Under the pieces are notes generated by a model. The model did no database searches. It saw only the letters and a program-made list of their open reading frames with translations, and was not told the origin of the DNA. The position numbers and the translations under genes were made by a program. A DNA stretch of 64,000 nt from Candidatus Sumerlaeaceae bacterium (lineage in GTDB: Bacteria > Sumerlaeota > Sumerlaeia > Sumerlaeales > Sumerlaeaceae): the NCBI GenBank assembly GCA_051003195.1, contig JBPCLP010000053.1:64001-128000 (forward strand), given 5' to 3'. Positions 8,262-17,372 of the stretch are shown here, one piece after another (position 1 is the first letter of the stretch; each line of letters starts with the position of its first letter).

Positions 8262-8667
8262 CCCAGTTATTCTCGAGCGTTCTCTCAGCAGCTATGCCAG
8301 AAAATATGAGCGACTGCAAACGACTTCGATAAAACTGGGCTCACGATTAACGGACTTTGACCGCGCCTTGATCGCCGCAGTGCCCCAGCCCGAACCAGAG
8401 GCCATAAAACAACTGCAGAGTGAAAGAGCGAACCTTGAACGGGAACGGAGTAGTTCCAGGGCTGAAGCTGAGCAGCAATTTGCCGGTCTCTCTGAACAGA
8501 AGGACCGTGAGAGAAAGGAAGCCGCAGCCGCCGCACGAGAAAAACAGGAACGTGAAATCCGGCAGGACGCTGCTAAACAGGAGTGGGCTAGGCAATATGG
8601 TGTCCCGCAGGATTCCGGGGAACAGACGAGGCGGGAGCGCTGGCGCTATGGCTTAAAAAATCCGTAA
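8245..8667 (+). CDS. Hypothetical coiled-coil protein, possibly a fragment
   Basis: 140-aa E/R/Q/A-rich ORF; its start overlaps the 70-bp repeat. Confidence 0.4.
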   Translation: MKTSTVPVILERSLSSYARKYERLQTTSIKLGSRLTDFDRALIAAVPQPEPEAIKQLQSERANLERERSSSRAEAEQQFAGLSEQKDRERKEAAAAAREKQEREIRQDAAKQEWARQYGVPQDSGEQTRRERWRYGLKNP

Positions 8668-8832
8668 CTCTTTAGCTCTTTTGGCGCTCGCCCAAACAAA
8701 GGATATTGGTAGAGAGCGCGGAATGAGTTTTATGGGGCGAATGGGTCGGATGCGAATAACGGAGACATTAGATGTGGTACTGTAGCCAGCTATGGTTCGT
8801 TAAGTCGTTCGTTTCAGCCGTGCCGCAACCAA

Positions 8833-10074
8833 CTAACGTTCGTTTACCCATCCGTTCCAGCGGTAGAATAGCGGCCCCACGTCTTCGCCTGCGGCTTCGC
8901 TCATGTACTTCACGATCGTAAGCTTGCTGAGCGGGAAAATGCCCCTGTGCGGCATCTGGCGCTGCAGCCTGATCTCGCCGCGGTCGTGGGCGGCTTTGAG
9001 CGCGTGATAGAATTTTCGCAGAATATCCGGACCGTACTTTACGCGAACGGCGTAGAGCACTTCGTGCGGGTCGTCGGTTCTGTAGGTGGGGTTCTCCAGC
9101 AGTTTGAGACCGAGGGCAGTCCGCTCAGGCCGGATTTTCTGCTGGTACTCGCGCATCTGCTTCGGCATGTCGGGGAAGATTGCATCGCATGAATCGAATG
9201 CATCATTTGTCCGGATTAGCGGATGGGTGATCCATCCCGGGAAGTAGTGGTTGTCGAACACGTGGTTCATCTCGTGGACCCAGTTTCCGACGTTCCACTG
9301 CGCGTCAGCGGCCTGAAAGTGAACGCCCGCGCCATTCTCGTGAGCCACCTCATGCATGGTGTCGTAGATGTTTACGTTAATGATCGGACGATCCGGCTCC
9401 CAACCCATGTGGTTATGAAACCAGTGGTAAATTTTTGTGAAGTGCGCGAGAAGCTGTTCTGGAGTCCAACCGCAGTGCGCGCCGGGCGTCATCTTTATGG
9501 TGATGGGTGGATATTTTTGCTTGGCGACAATGTTGCTGCGCAATGGGCCGGGTAGCACCTGGGCGGGATCACCGACAAACAGGGTGAAGCAGTCGAGGTG
9601 CGTGGTGGTGAGGGGCGCGGGTGCGGTCAGCGTGAACGTGTGCTCACCCGCAGAAAGGGACGTGAGCTGCATGTAGGCAGTGTGCCAGGTGTCCCACCCG
9701 CCGGTGTCCGGCACCGGCACAGTGCCGGTGAGCGTGCGATCAACGGTCAGCAGCAGCTGACGCGGCGCGGGTTTCTGTCCGCGGCGCTCCTGTATCTTTG
9801 ATTGGTCACAGGAATATCGAATGGCGAGGCGTCCTTCGGTGACCGGTTGCTGCAGCTTGAAGCTCCACGCCATCGACTGGCGCGTCCATCCGCCAAACTG
9901 CGCGATGTACTTGTCCGCACTAGCGAAGCGCGAGTTCTCGAGGTGATAGAATTTGGCCGGGGCAATGGTGCAGCCCTCGGCCTCCTGCGTTGCGATGATC
10001 TGGGCAGGAAGCGTCAGCGGGCACAGTGCGAACACCGCCGGCAGGAAATAGATGAAAACGCTCGTCATTGTCAT
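8833..10074 (-). CDS. Secreted CBM6/CBM35-like domain plus HExxH metallopeptidase-like protein
   Basis: Signal peptide; QEAEG...LAIRYS...PDTGGWDTW...LSAGEHTFTL...HLDCF carbohydrate-binding module; WVHEMNHVFD zinc motif. Confidence 0.7.
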   Translation of the reverse strand: MTMTSVFIYFLPAVFALCPLTLPAQIIATQEAEGCTIAPAKFYHLENSRFASADKYIAQFGGWTRQSMAWSFKLQQPVTEGRLAIRYSCDQSKIQERRGQKPAPRQLLLTVDRTLTGTVPVPDTGGWDTWHTAYMQLTSLSAGEHTFTLTAPAPLTTTHLDCFTLFVGDPAQVLPGPLRSNIVAKQKYPPITIKMTPGAHCGWTPEQLLAHFTKIYHWFHNHMGWEPDRPIINVNIYDTMHEVAHENGAGVHFQAADAQWNVGNWVHEMNHVFDNHYFPGWITHPLIRTNDAFDSCDAIFPDMPKQMREYQQKIRPERTALGLKLLENPTYRTDDPHEVLYAVRVKYGPDILRKFYHALKAAHDRGEIRLQRQMPHRGIFPLSKLTIVKYMSEAAGEDVGPLFYRWNGWVNER

Positions 10075-10104
10075 GGATTGGAGGATCACCGAGTGAAGCA
10101 GAGT

Positions 10105-10234
10105 GTTGCGCATGGAAGCAGAGGATCTCGTAAGTTCCGCCAGGCGGGAGGCCATTGGTGGCGTGGGCAAGGTCGGCTCGCGCAACGGCGATCCATTTGT
10201 TCAGCAGCTCTCTGCGATTATGATCAAACGGCAT
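10105..10234 (-). pseudogene. Truncated HEPN-domain toxin
   Basis: MPFDHNRRELLNKWIAVARADLAHA...YEILCFHAQ, then similarity to the usual QAAEKxxKA continuation is lost. Confidence 0.65.
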
Positions 10235-10550
10235 ACAGTTCGCGCCCCGTCGACAGGGCTTCGCGGTATATCAGGCCGGGCGAGTCGGCGTATTTTTGCA
10301 AAGTGGACTCGGTAACCGCGACCACATCCACGGGCAGACCGAAGCCCAGCAATTTTGCGTAGATTGCCTGCTCGACTTTGCGGCTATGTTTTCCGTTTTC
10401 AATCACGACGAGCACGTCAATGTCGTTTGCGGTATCGCGATTGTCAGACGCGGCTGATCCGAACAGCACGATTCTACGTGGATTCGACGCTTCGACAATG
10501 CGTTCGACGAGATTGGCCTGCTTTTCCGGCGTGAGCAGCATGATTAGCAT
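10224..10550 (-). CDS. Minimal nucleotidyltransferase (MNT) antitoxin
   Basis: IVLFGSAA...NDIDVLVV...PVDVVAVT...IYREALSTGRELY. Confidence 0.85.
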   Translation of the reverse strand: MLIMLLTPEKQANLVERIVEASNPRRIVLFGSAASDNRDTANDIDVLVVIENGKHSRKVEQAIYAKLLGFGLPVDVVAVTESTLQKYADSPGLIYREALSTGRELYAV

Positions 10551-10865
10551 CTCAGGTACGCGATTGGCAGCGGAGAGTTCAAGAGGCATCTGCGGCATTG
10601 AAACCAGGCGAAATGGGCGGGATTCCGGAGTTCTGCGGGAGTTCTGGGGTCAACTGCCGATCTGATGTTCGCTGTCGTGCGAGGCTAGTGTCCCGGGCGG
10701 GGCACGAGCCGGGTGCAATGCTTCAGCCCGTGTCTAATGTGGGGCTTGGTAACCCGGCGGAACAGCCAATTCCCTGCGGCCCGCAGCTTTCGAGGATTCG
10801 GAAAATAACCTCGACGTGGATTTTATTTGAAGAAGGCCAACGGCATATGCGTAAGCGGGATGAGA

Positions 10866-12056
10866 ATGGCTAAAGATGAAACGATGAAAGTGTTGCTCGC
10901 CATCTGCGATGGCCCTTTTCGAACCGCTATCGGCATCGCTTTGCAGGAAGCCAACTTTCTGTTGGAGTTCGAGGAGACGGATACTTTGGAGTCCACTCTG
11001 AGTTGCTTACGGGCCTCCAGACACGACTGCATTGTGGTGGACTTTTTCGATGCCAATGGAGAAAAGATGGCGCTCAACCTGCTCGGCAGGATGCAGGGTG
11101 AGAGAAATGTAACTCCTGTTGTAGTTTTAACGGGTGCCGAGCCTGAACTTGTTGCGATGGAAGTGCTGAAGGCAGGCGCTGTCGATTACCTGATCAAGGC
11201 GCGACTGACACCCTATGCCCTTGCGCAAAGCATATTGCTGGCTGTGCAGATCGCGCGCGAACGCCGGAAAATTAAAGACTCCGCTGCAGCGCCTCATCCG
11301 GACTGTGAAGAATTCGTGCGGGCGCGCGATGCGGCCCTGGAGGCGAGCCGCGTGAAGGCACAGTTTCTGGCCTTTACGACTCATGAGCTGAAAACACCGC
11401 TCAACTCGATACTTGGCTACGCTGAAATGATTGAGGAAGACCTGACAAAATTAGGCCAGGAGAACATTGCTGCCGATGTTCTAAAGATTCGCGAAGCCGG
11501 ACAGCATCTGGCCCTTTTAATAGCCGACCTGTTGGACCTGTCAAAAATGGAAGCTGGAAAGCTGGAGCTCCACTACGAGCCGGTCGACGTAAAAGAGATC
11601 ATTTCGCGGGCACTGGTTTTTGTGGCAACCGTGATTCGCGCCAACAGCAACACGGTCTCGGTGGAAATCGACAATAATGTTACCGTAGTGCAGGCGGACG
11701 ATGTGCGACTGCTGCAAATCCTCGTGAACATGCTGTCGAATGCGGCAAAGTTCACGCACAATGGGAAGATCACGATTCGTGCGCAGCATGAAGACCGCCA
11801 GGACCGGCGCTGGCTGGACGTAAGTGTCACCGATACGGGAGTTGGAATCACGCCGGAGCAAATCCAGCGGCTGTTCGAACCCTATGTTCAGATGGATTCA
11901 AAAAAGCACAGGCTCTCTGGAACGGGGCTCGGGCTGACCATTAGTCGTCTGCTATGCTGGGCTATGGACGGAGAAATTACCGTGGTCAGCAACCCGGGCG
12001 AGGGCACAACTTTTACAGTAAGTCTTCCTGTGGCAGCCGTCGAACCAGGGGCGTAG
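10866..12056 (+). CDS. Receiver domain plus histidine kinase (HisKA/HATPase)
   Basis: REC (GAVDYLIK), THELKTPLNSILGY, QILVNMLSNAAKFT, DTGVGI, GTGLGL. Confidence 0.9.
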   Translation: MAKDETMKVLLAICDGPFRTAIGIALQEANFLLEFEETDTLESTLSCLRASRHDCIVVDFFDANGEKMALNLLGRMQGERNVTPVVVLTGAEPELVAMEVLKAGAVDYLIKARLTPYALAQSILLAVQIARERRKIKDSAAAPHPDCEEFVRARDAALEASRVKAQFLAFTTHELKTPLNSILGYAEMIEEDLTKLGQENIAADVLKIREAGQHLALLIADLLDLSKMEAGKLELHYEPVDVKEIISRALVFVATVIRANSNTVSVEIDNNVTVVQADDVRLLQILVNMLSNAAKFTHNGKITIRAQHEDRQDRRWLDVSVTDTGVGITPEQIQRLFEPYVQMDSKKHRLSGTGLGLTISRLLCWAMDGEITVVSNPGEGTTFTVSLPVAAVEPGA

Positions 12057-12059
12057 AGG

Positions 12060-12103
12060 GTACCAGCAAAGACCTCCGTTTGTCCGGCGCACGAAAAGTG
12101 TAC
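12060..12103 (-). repeat. 44-bp duplicate of the mazF 5' region (13417-13460)
   Basis: 41/44 identical by manual alignment; bounded by GTAC at both ends. Confidence 0.85.
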
Positions 12104-12118
12104 GTTTCAAGCCGGAAA

Positions 12119-12171
12119 TGGTCGGTGTGGCAGGACTTTAACCCGCGACTTCAACGTCCCGAACGATGCGC
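12119..12171 (-). repeat. Degenerate tRNA-Pro(CGG) 3' fragment (att-like), distal copy
   Basis: tggtcggtgtggcaggactttaacccgcgacttcaacgtcccgaacgatgcgc compared with the tRNA at 13846. Confidence 0.85.
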
Positions 12172-12432
12172 CGCGACTCGTTCTGCTTTTTTGACTTTGA
12201 TTCGTCCTGAGGCAGTAGGTTGTTTCTTCTTTTGGTAAGCTGGCGATACTGCTTCTATCTGGCGCACAGCTTCTGGTGAAAAAATCACTTCGCCACACTT
12301 CTGGCATTCCCAAAACTGCAGGCCGGGAACAACGTACGAAATGCCCTTCCAGGAGCGCCGAAGATCTCGTATAACAAGCTTCATCGCAGGATCATTACAA
12401 GTGGGGCAATTTCGAACTGATTTGGCTTTCAT
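12151..12432 (-). CDS. YgiT/MqsA-type zinc-finger protein (no HTH)
   Basis: CPTC...YVVPGLQFWECQKCGEVIFSPEAVRQIE. Confidence 0.8.
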   Translation of the reverse strand: MKAKSVRNCPTCNDPAMKLVIRDLRRSWKGISYVVPGLQFWECQKCGEVIFSPEAVRQIEAVSPAYQKKKQPTASGRIKVKKAERVAAHRSGR

Positions 12433-12752
12433 AGTGCCTGAGACCGTTTTGATGAGATGAACAGGTAAAAGTATTCTACTCCGCCTCTATCCACAAATTT
12501 GCCCTTGGTATAGATTGCGAGCCCATCGAGATTGGCGCTGATGATAATGTAAATTTTTTCGGACCGCCGTGCTTTGTATAAACTCCGGCTTCGTAAAGTT
12601 TTATAAATGGCGACGGCGCTGACAATGGATTCAACGATGTCGGCTTCCGTGAGGCCGTCGGCTTCCAGTTCTTCTGCGGCTTTCAGGCTAAATTCAAATC
12701 GACCAGTAAGCACAGCCCTTTTAATTTTGCGAAGAATATCTGTGTTCTGCAT
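12429..12752 (-). CDS. DUF4258-like putative toxin
   Basis: ILRKIKRAV...FSLKAAEELEADGLTEADIVESI...IYTKGK; ATGA overlap with the zinc-finger gene. Confidence 0.65.
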   Translation of the reverse strand: MQNTDILRKIKRAVLTGRFEFSLKAAEELEADGLTEADIVESIVSAVAIYKTLRSRSLYKARRSEKIYIIISANLDGLAIYTKGKFVDRGGVEYFYLFISSKRSQAL

Positions 12753-12782
12753 AGTAGCAGCCTTCTGACCTGGAGCGCATAC

Positions 12783-13106
12783 TCAACAACGTTGCTGAGA
12801 GAAATAGAAAATGGTCGGGGTGGCAGGACTGTAACCCGCGACTTCATCGTCCCGAACGATGCGCGCTGAGGCCCTTTGCTGCTTTGCGTTTGGTGCGGCT
12901 CTTCTTCTGGAACGCGGGTGACACGGACTGACTTGTCTGACTGCCTCTGGGGAATACATTCTCTCGCCGCAGATGGCGCATTGCCAGAACTCGAGGTCTT
13001 TAACGGTGTATGGAGCCCCTGCGGATTGAAGGGTTACATCCTCGCGTCTAAGATCGACGGTGCGTTTACCGCATGTCGGGCATTCAAGTCCTTTGATTCT
13101 TTTCAT
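12783..13106 (-). CDS. Second YgiT/MqsA-type zinc-finger protein; 3' end reads through a tRNA fragment
   Basis: CPTCG...YTVKDLEFWQCAICGERMYSPEAVRQV, paralogous to 12151-12432. Confidence 0.7.
   Translation of the reverse strand: MKRIKGLECPTCGKRTVDLRREDVTLQSAGAPYTVKDLEFWQCAICGERMYSPEAVRQVSPCHPRSRRRAAPNAKQQRASARIVRDDEVAGYSPATPTIFYFSQQRC
12812..12867 (-). repeat. Degenerate tRNA-Pro(CGG) 3' fragment (att-like), proximal copy
   Basis: tggtcggggtggcaggactgtaacccgcgacttcatcgtcccgaacgatgcgcgct; CCA end and anticodon arm retained. Confidence 0.88.
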
Positions 13107-13156
13107 AAGCTTGTCGATGCAACGCTATTAGGCTGCGGCGGCCTAGGCGGAAACCG

Positions 13157-13483
13157 TTAATCTGCGAAGCCGAATGCCATTAGTAAGGCACTCCGCACAT
13201 CTGCCACAACGGGACCTGACAATGTGGTAATAAGGCTCCCTTCACCGTCCAGTTGCTCTCGGGCTACTGTGAAGACGTTGTCAAAAGTAACGACACATCT
13301 CTACGGCATTCCATCCTCCACATCCAGAATCACCTCTGAAGCCAGTCCGCGACGGTTCGTGGTAATGGAGGCCACTACCAGTTTTTCGAGATGATTAAGT
13401 ACCTCGGGTCGGCTAAGTACCAGCACAGGCCTCCGTTTGTCTGGCGCACGAAAAGTGTACCACCGCACATCAAGCCACCTCAC
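13157..13483 (-). pseudogene. mazF: PemK/MazF toxin with an in-frame TAG at 13301-13303
   Basis: VRWYTFRAPDKRRPVLVLSR...ITTNRRGLASEV...DGMP*RCVVTFDNVFTV...ITTLSG...ALLMAFGF; frame continues past the TAG to TAA at 13157. Confidence 0.8.
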
Positions 13484-13803
13484 CAACGCTCTTGCTCAAA
13501 CGCTCCGACATCATCCGGATGAACTGGAAACTCGTCGTTCGCGAGGGGATGCTTAGCGTAGGCCTCCTGCTCAATGAGTGCGCGTTGAACTCTGGGGATT
13601 CGATCCCATGGAACTCCGTTGTGTCCCCATCTCGGGTCATGATCGCGCTTCTGAACCGCACTCAATGCAGCATCCACAATGGCAGTGTCTAATTTCTGCT
13701 GCAGAAGTTCGGTGGCAACTTCTTCCATCGAGCGTCCGGAGCAACTCGCCAGCTTTTGCAGCTTTTCAACTCGTTCCTGGGCGATATTGACCGTCAAATT
13801 CAT
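13480..13803 (-). CDS. Putative antitoxin (RHH-like N-terminus) upstream of mazF
   Basis: MNLTVNIAQERVEKLQKLASCSGRSMEEV...EAYAKHP...EF; GTGA overlap with mazF. Confidence 0.6.
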   Translation of the reverse strand: MNLTVNIAQERVEKLQKLASCSGRSMEEVATELLQQKLDTAIVDAALSAVQKRDHDPRWGHNGVPWDRIPRVQRALIEQEAYAKHPLANDEFPVHPDDVGAFEQERW

Positions 13804-13845
13804 GCGGTATCTACACGCGGTAAACATGCATATTTCAAGCAGAAG

Positions 13846-13922
13846 TGGTCGGGGTGGCAGGACTCGAACCTGCGACCTCATGCTCCCGAAGCATGCGCGC
13901 TAGCCACCTGCGCTACACCCCG
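13846..13922 (-). tRNA. tRNA-Pro (anticodon CGG)
   Basis: cggggtgtagcgcaggtggctagcgcgcatgcttCGGgagcatgaggtcgcaggttcgagtcctgccaccccgacca; 77 nt, encoded CCA. Confidence 0.95.
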
Positions 13923-13982
13923 ACTCGGGCCCGCCGGACTGCCAATCGGGCAGGTGCTTTTATGGAAGGACAGGGCCTTTAT

Positions 13983-14624
13983 TCAGTGCTGCGAAACCGG
14001 CGCGGACGGAAGGTTGAAGACCTCCGTCCATGCCTGCCGGACCTTTGGCCATACGAGGTACATGACGAGGCAGCCGCCCAGAAGTGTGAAGCAGAGCATC
14101 ATGAACGTGATGACTGGCTGGGCCGACAGCGGCAGGAGGATGGCGAAAACCATGCAGGTTTCCGTAAGCCCGGTGACGGGTGAGACGAATTTGTTGGTGC
14201 CCGCCTCGGCGGCGGCCAGCCGCGCGCCTGAACGGAAGCCATGGGTGATGAGGGCGAGGAATGCACCGATGAGCGCCATGATGGCGGCGTTAAAGATACC
14301 CGTGTGCAGCGTTGCCATCCAGCCGAGTGCCGCTCCGCCCAGCACTCGCAGCTTGCCGTTCCAGCGGTCCCAGCGCACGTCGCCGCCGGGGATCATGTCC
14401 ACCACGGTCTCGGTTACAGCCAGCATAACGACGGGCCAGAACACCCACGTATGGCCGAGGTGATGCAGCGCGCCGGGCAATGCACCGCCGGGGGCATAGC
14501 GGTGCAGCAACCCCAACGCCAGCAGCGTCTTGAACAGGCCCAGCCCGGCGCACCAGCTACACGCGGGCGCCAGCAACAGCAGAAATACAGCAGATGTATC
14601 CAGTCGATCCTGCCTCCAAAACAA
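13983..14624 (-). CDS. DUF4126-like membrane protein (start uncertain)
   Basis: WCAGL...VDMIPGGDVRWD...ITHGFRSGAR...VSPVTGLTE, several TM segments. Confidence 0.6.
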   Translation of the reverse strand: MFWRQDRLDTSAVFLLLLAPACSWCAGLGLFKTLLALGLLHRYAPGGALPGALHHLGHTWVFWPVVMLAVTETVVDMIPGGDVRWDRWNGKLRVLGGAALGWMATLHTGIFNAAIMALIGAFLALITHGFRSGARLAAAEAGTNKFVSPVTGLTETCMVFAILLPLSAQPVITFMMLCFTLLGGCLVMYLVWPKVRQAWTEVFNLPSAPVSQH

Positions 14625-14686
14625 TCCGCGCCGTCGCGCTTAAAAGGTTCTTGTCACCCCGACAACAAACTGGAGATTACCGGCCT

Positions 14687-16279
14687 ATGACAACTGACGA
14701 TCAACAAGTGAATGAGAGCGACCAGCCCGCCGAGAGCACTGCCGCCGAACCTGCCGCCGAATCTCAAATGGCCGCATTTGCCGGGGAGGCCGCCGAGCAG
14801 ATCCTGGAACCCGAAAACGCATTACCGGAAATTAAGCTGGAAGAGTTGCCTGACAGCCTGCGCGCGGCGGCCGCCAAAGCCAACTGGACACAACTGGCGC
14901 CGGTGCAGGCGAAAGCCATCCCGTATATGCTCGAGGGCCGCGATGTGATGGTGCAGTCGCGAACGGGCAGCGGAAAGACCGGGGCGTTCCTGCTGCCGAT
15001 CCTGGCGCGGCTGGATCCGCATCATCCCTACTGCCAGGCGCTTGTGATGGTGCCGACGCGCGAACTGGCCTCGCAGGTATATCGCGAAGCCGAGCACCTG
15101 GGGGCGGGCAGCGGCATTCGGACGGTCGCTGTGTATGGCGGCGTCGGGTACGGCCCGCAGATTGACGCTTTCCAGAAGGGCGCGCAACTGGTCATCGGCA
15201 CGCCGGGGCGTGTGCTCGATCATTTGATGAAGCGGTCGCTGGATCTCGAAGACCTGGAGATCGTGGTGTTCGACGAGGCGGACCGCATGATGAGCATGGG
15301 ATTCTATCCCGACATGCGCCAGATTCGCGGGTACCTCCCGCGAAAACGCAGTGGTTATATGTTCAGCGCCACGTACCCGGCGGGAGTGCAGAACCTGGCG
15401 CGAGAATTCCTGCATGAGCCGGAGTTCCTGAGCCTGAGCCATGGCACGGTGCACATCGCCAACATGGAGCACGTGTATTACGAGCTGCCGCCGATGGACA
15501 AGGACCGCTGCCTGGTGCGGATTATCGAAATGGAAAACCCCGCGAGCGCGATTATTTTCTGCAACACGAAGCAGCGCGTGAACTATGTGGCGACAGTGCT
15601 TCAGCGGTTCGGGTATGACGCTGACCAGCTATCGGCAGACCTGAGCCAGAAGGCGCGCGAGAAGGTGCTGGATTCGGTGCGTGCGGGAAATCTGCGCTTC
15701 CTGGTTGCAACCGATGTGGCCGCGCGAGGGATCGACATCGCGCACCTGAGCCACGTGGTGCTCTACGAGTTTCCGGAGGACCAGGAGAGCTACATTCATC
15801 GCGCGGGCCGCACCGGTCGCGCGGGTGCGAGCGGTGTGTGCATCTCGCTGGTTTCTTTCACGGAGATTGGCGAGCTGGAGCGTGTGGCCAAGCGCTACGG
15901 CATCGAGATGGAAAAGCGGGAAGTGCCGACGGACGAGCAGGTGCAGGCGATCGTATCGGAGCGAGCAACGGCGCTGCTGGAGCAAAAGTTGCGCAGCCGC
16001 GACCGTATCGAGTCCGAGCGCATGCAAAGATTTATTCCGCTGGCGAAGCGGTTGAGCGAGAGCGAGGATGAAATGAGTGTCATCGCAATGCTGCTGGACG
16101 ACTACTACCAGCAAACGTTGCATGCGCCCGTAGCCCTACCAGACGAACCACGCGAACCGCGCGCAAAACCAGAACCGCGCCCACCGCAGAGTGGCGGCAG
16201 GCCGCAAGGTGGCGGCCGTCCCGGTGGCGGAGGTGGTGGTGGACGTCGACGCAGTTCCGGGGGCGGCGGACGCCGTTAA
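14687..16279 (+). CDS. DEAD-box RNA helicase
   Basis: Q motif, SRTGSGKT, PTRELA, TPGR, DEAD, SAT, ARGID, HRAGRTGRAG; Gly/Arg-rich tail. Confidence 0.93.
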   Translation: MTTDDQQVNESDQPAESTAAEPAAESQMAAFAGEAAEQILEPENALPEIKLEELPDSLRAAAAKANWTQLAPVQAKAIPYMLEGRDVMVQSRTGSGKTGAFLLPILARLDPHHPYCQALVMVPTRELASQVYREAEHLGAGSGIRTVAVYGGVGYGPQIDAFQKGAQLVIGTPGRVLDHLMKRSLDLEDLEIVVFDEADRMMSMGFYPDMRQIRGYLPRKRSGYMFSATYPAGVQNLAREFLHEPEFLSLSHGTVHIANMEHVYYELPPMDKDRCLVRIIEMENPASAIIFCNTKQRVNYVATVLQRFGYDADQLSADLSQKAREKVLDSVRAGNLRFLVATDVAARGIDIAHLSHVVLYEFPEDQESYIHRAGRTGRAGASGVCISLVSFTEIGELERVAKRYGIEMEKREVPTDEQVQAIVSERATALLEQKLRSRDRIESERMQRFIPLAKRLSESEDEMSVIAMLLDDYYQQTLHAPVALPDEPREPRAKPEPRPPQSGGRPQGGGRPGGGGGGGRRRSSGGGGRR

Positions 16280-16338
16280 CTAGAGAGCAGAACTAGAGAA
16301 CAAAACTCCGCTGGGGAGTCTGCTCGCGTTTGCGGTAC

Positions 16339-17184
16339 TCAAATCTTCTTAACCACGAATTCATTGCACCCCATGCCGCCGCCGCAGGTCTTCATCTTCA
16401 CCAGTTCAAAGCCGCGCGCTTTGTAGAACTCGAATATCTGCTCCGGCTTCGCGACTTCAAACGGGTACCCGCCGATCCAGTCCACCAGGTTGATCCACGG
16501 GCTCATCCCGCGATCCTTTTTGTAGGTGCGCCACAGGTGGTTCGGCTTTCCACGCAATAGATCGTACACGGTCTGCGGGCCCCAAATGGTTGCGAGGGAT
16601 GCCGCCAGGATAACCGCTCGCATGGGCTTCGGGGATTTAACATACGCCTTTTTCACTTTAAGCCAGCGGCGGCTGGTGCCAGCCTGGTCGTTGTAGATGG
16701 CGATGAACAGTATGCCACCGGGCGCGACGCGTTCCCCTGCGTTGGCGAGTGCTTCCCACATGTGCCCGGTGTGGTGCAGTACGCCCCAGGAATAGACGAT
16801 GTCGAAGTGGCCGAGCCGCTTCATGAATTCGCGATCCAGCGCGGATCCGCGTTCCACCTGCCAATTTGGATCGTCCGGAAAATAGCGGCGGCGCAATTCT
16901 TCGGCGCATGCCACGGAGTTCGGATCGAAATCGAAAGAGTGCACGGTTGCGCCAAGCCGCCGTGCCGCGAGCGAGAAGAGTCCGCTGCCGTTGCCGATGT
17001 CGAGGAACGTACGACCGGTGAGGTTTTCGACATGCAGCATATCGCGCAGCGATTTCTCGGCTTCGGCAATGCGCTCGTCGTCGAGCGTCTTGAGAAAGCG
17101 TGCCCAATTCTCACCGAACTGAAACCGCTCTTCAAGCGGCATGTCTTTGTTCGAAGTATCCATGTTCGGCGGATCAACATTCAT
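16339..17184 (-). CDS. Class I SAM-dependent methyltransferase
   Basis: RFQFGENW, FLDIGNGSGLFS, FDIVYSWGVLHHTG, DWIGGYPFEVA. Confidence 0.88.
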   Translation of the reverse strand: MNVDPPNMDTSNKDMPLEERFQFGENWARFLKTLDDERIAEAEKSLRDMLHVENLTGRTFLDIGNGSGLFSLAARRLGATVHSFDFDPNSVACAEELRRRYFPDDPNWQVERGSALDREFMKRLGHFDIVYSWGVLHHTGHMWEALANAGERVAPGGILFIAIYNDQAGTSRRWLKVKKAYVKSPKPMRAVILAASLATIWGPQTVYDLLRGKPNHLWRTYKKDRGMSPWINLVDWIGGYPFEVAKPEQIFEFYKARGFELVKMKTCGGGMGCNEFVVKKI

Positions 17185-17372
17185 CCGGCTGATTCGAAAG
17201 CAAGTGGGCTCTTAGCCTCATGGAATGTTTGCCGGATGATCGAACCGATCTAACGATACTGCGATCCACTGGCTGCTTTTTGCTCGCTTTTTTATTATGG
17301 GCCCTGTGAATGGATCTCTTTATGTTTCGCCACGTGCGCAACATGAGTAAAAATTCAGGAGGTCTCCCGGTT

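Noticed and set aside
12812..12867. Additional functional tRNA-Pro genes at 12812 and 12119
   Set aside because: The 5' acceptor strand and D-arm are absent and the T-loop is mutated; treated as att-like fragments
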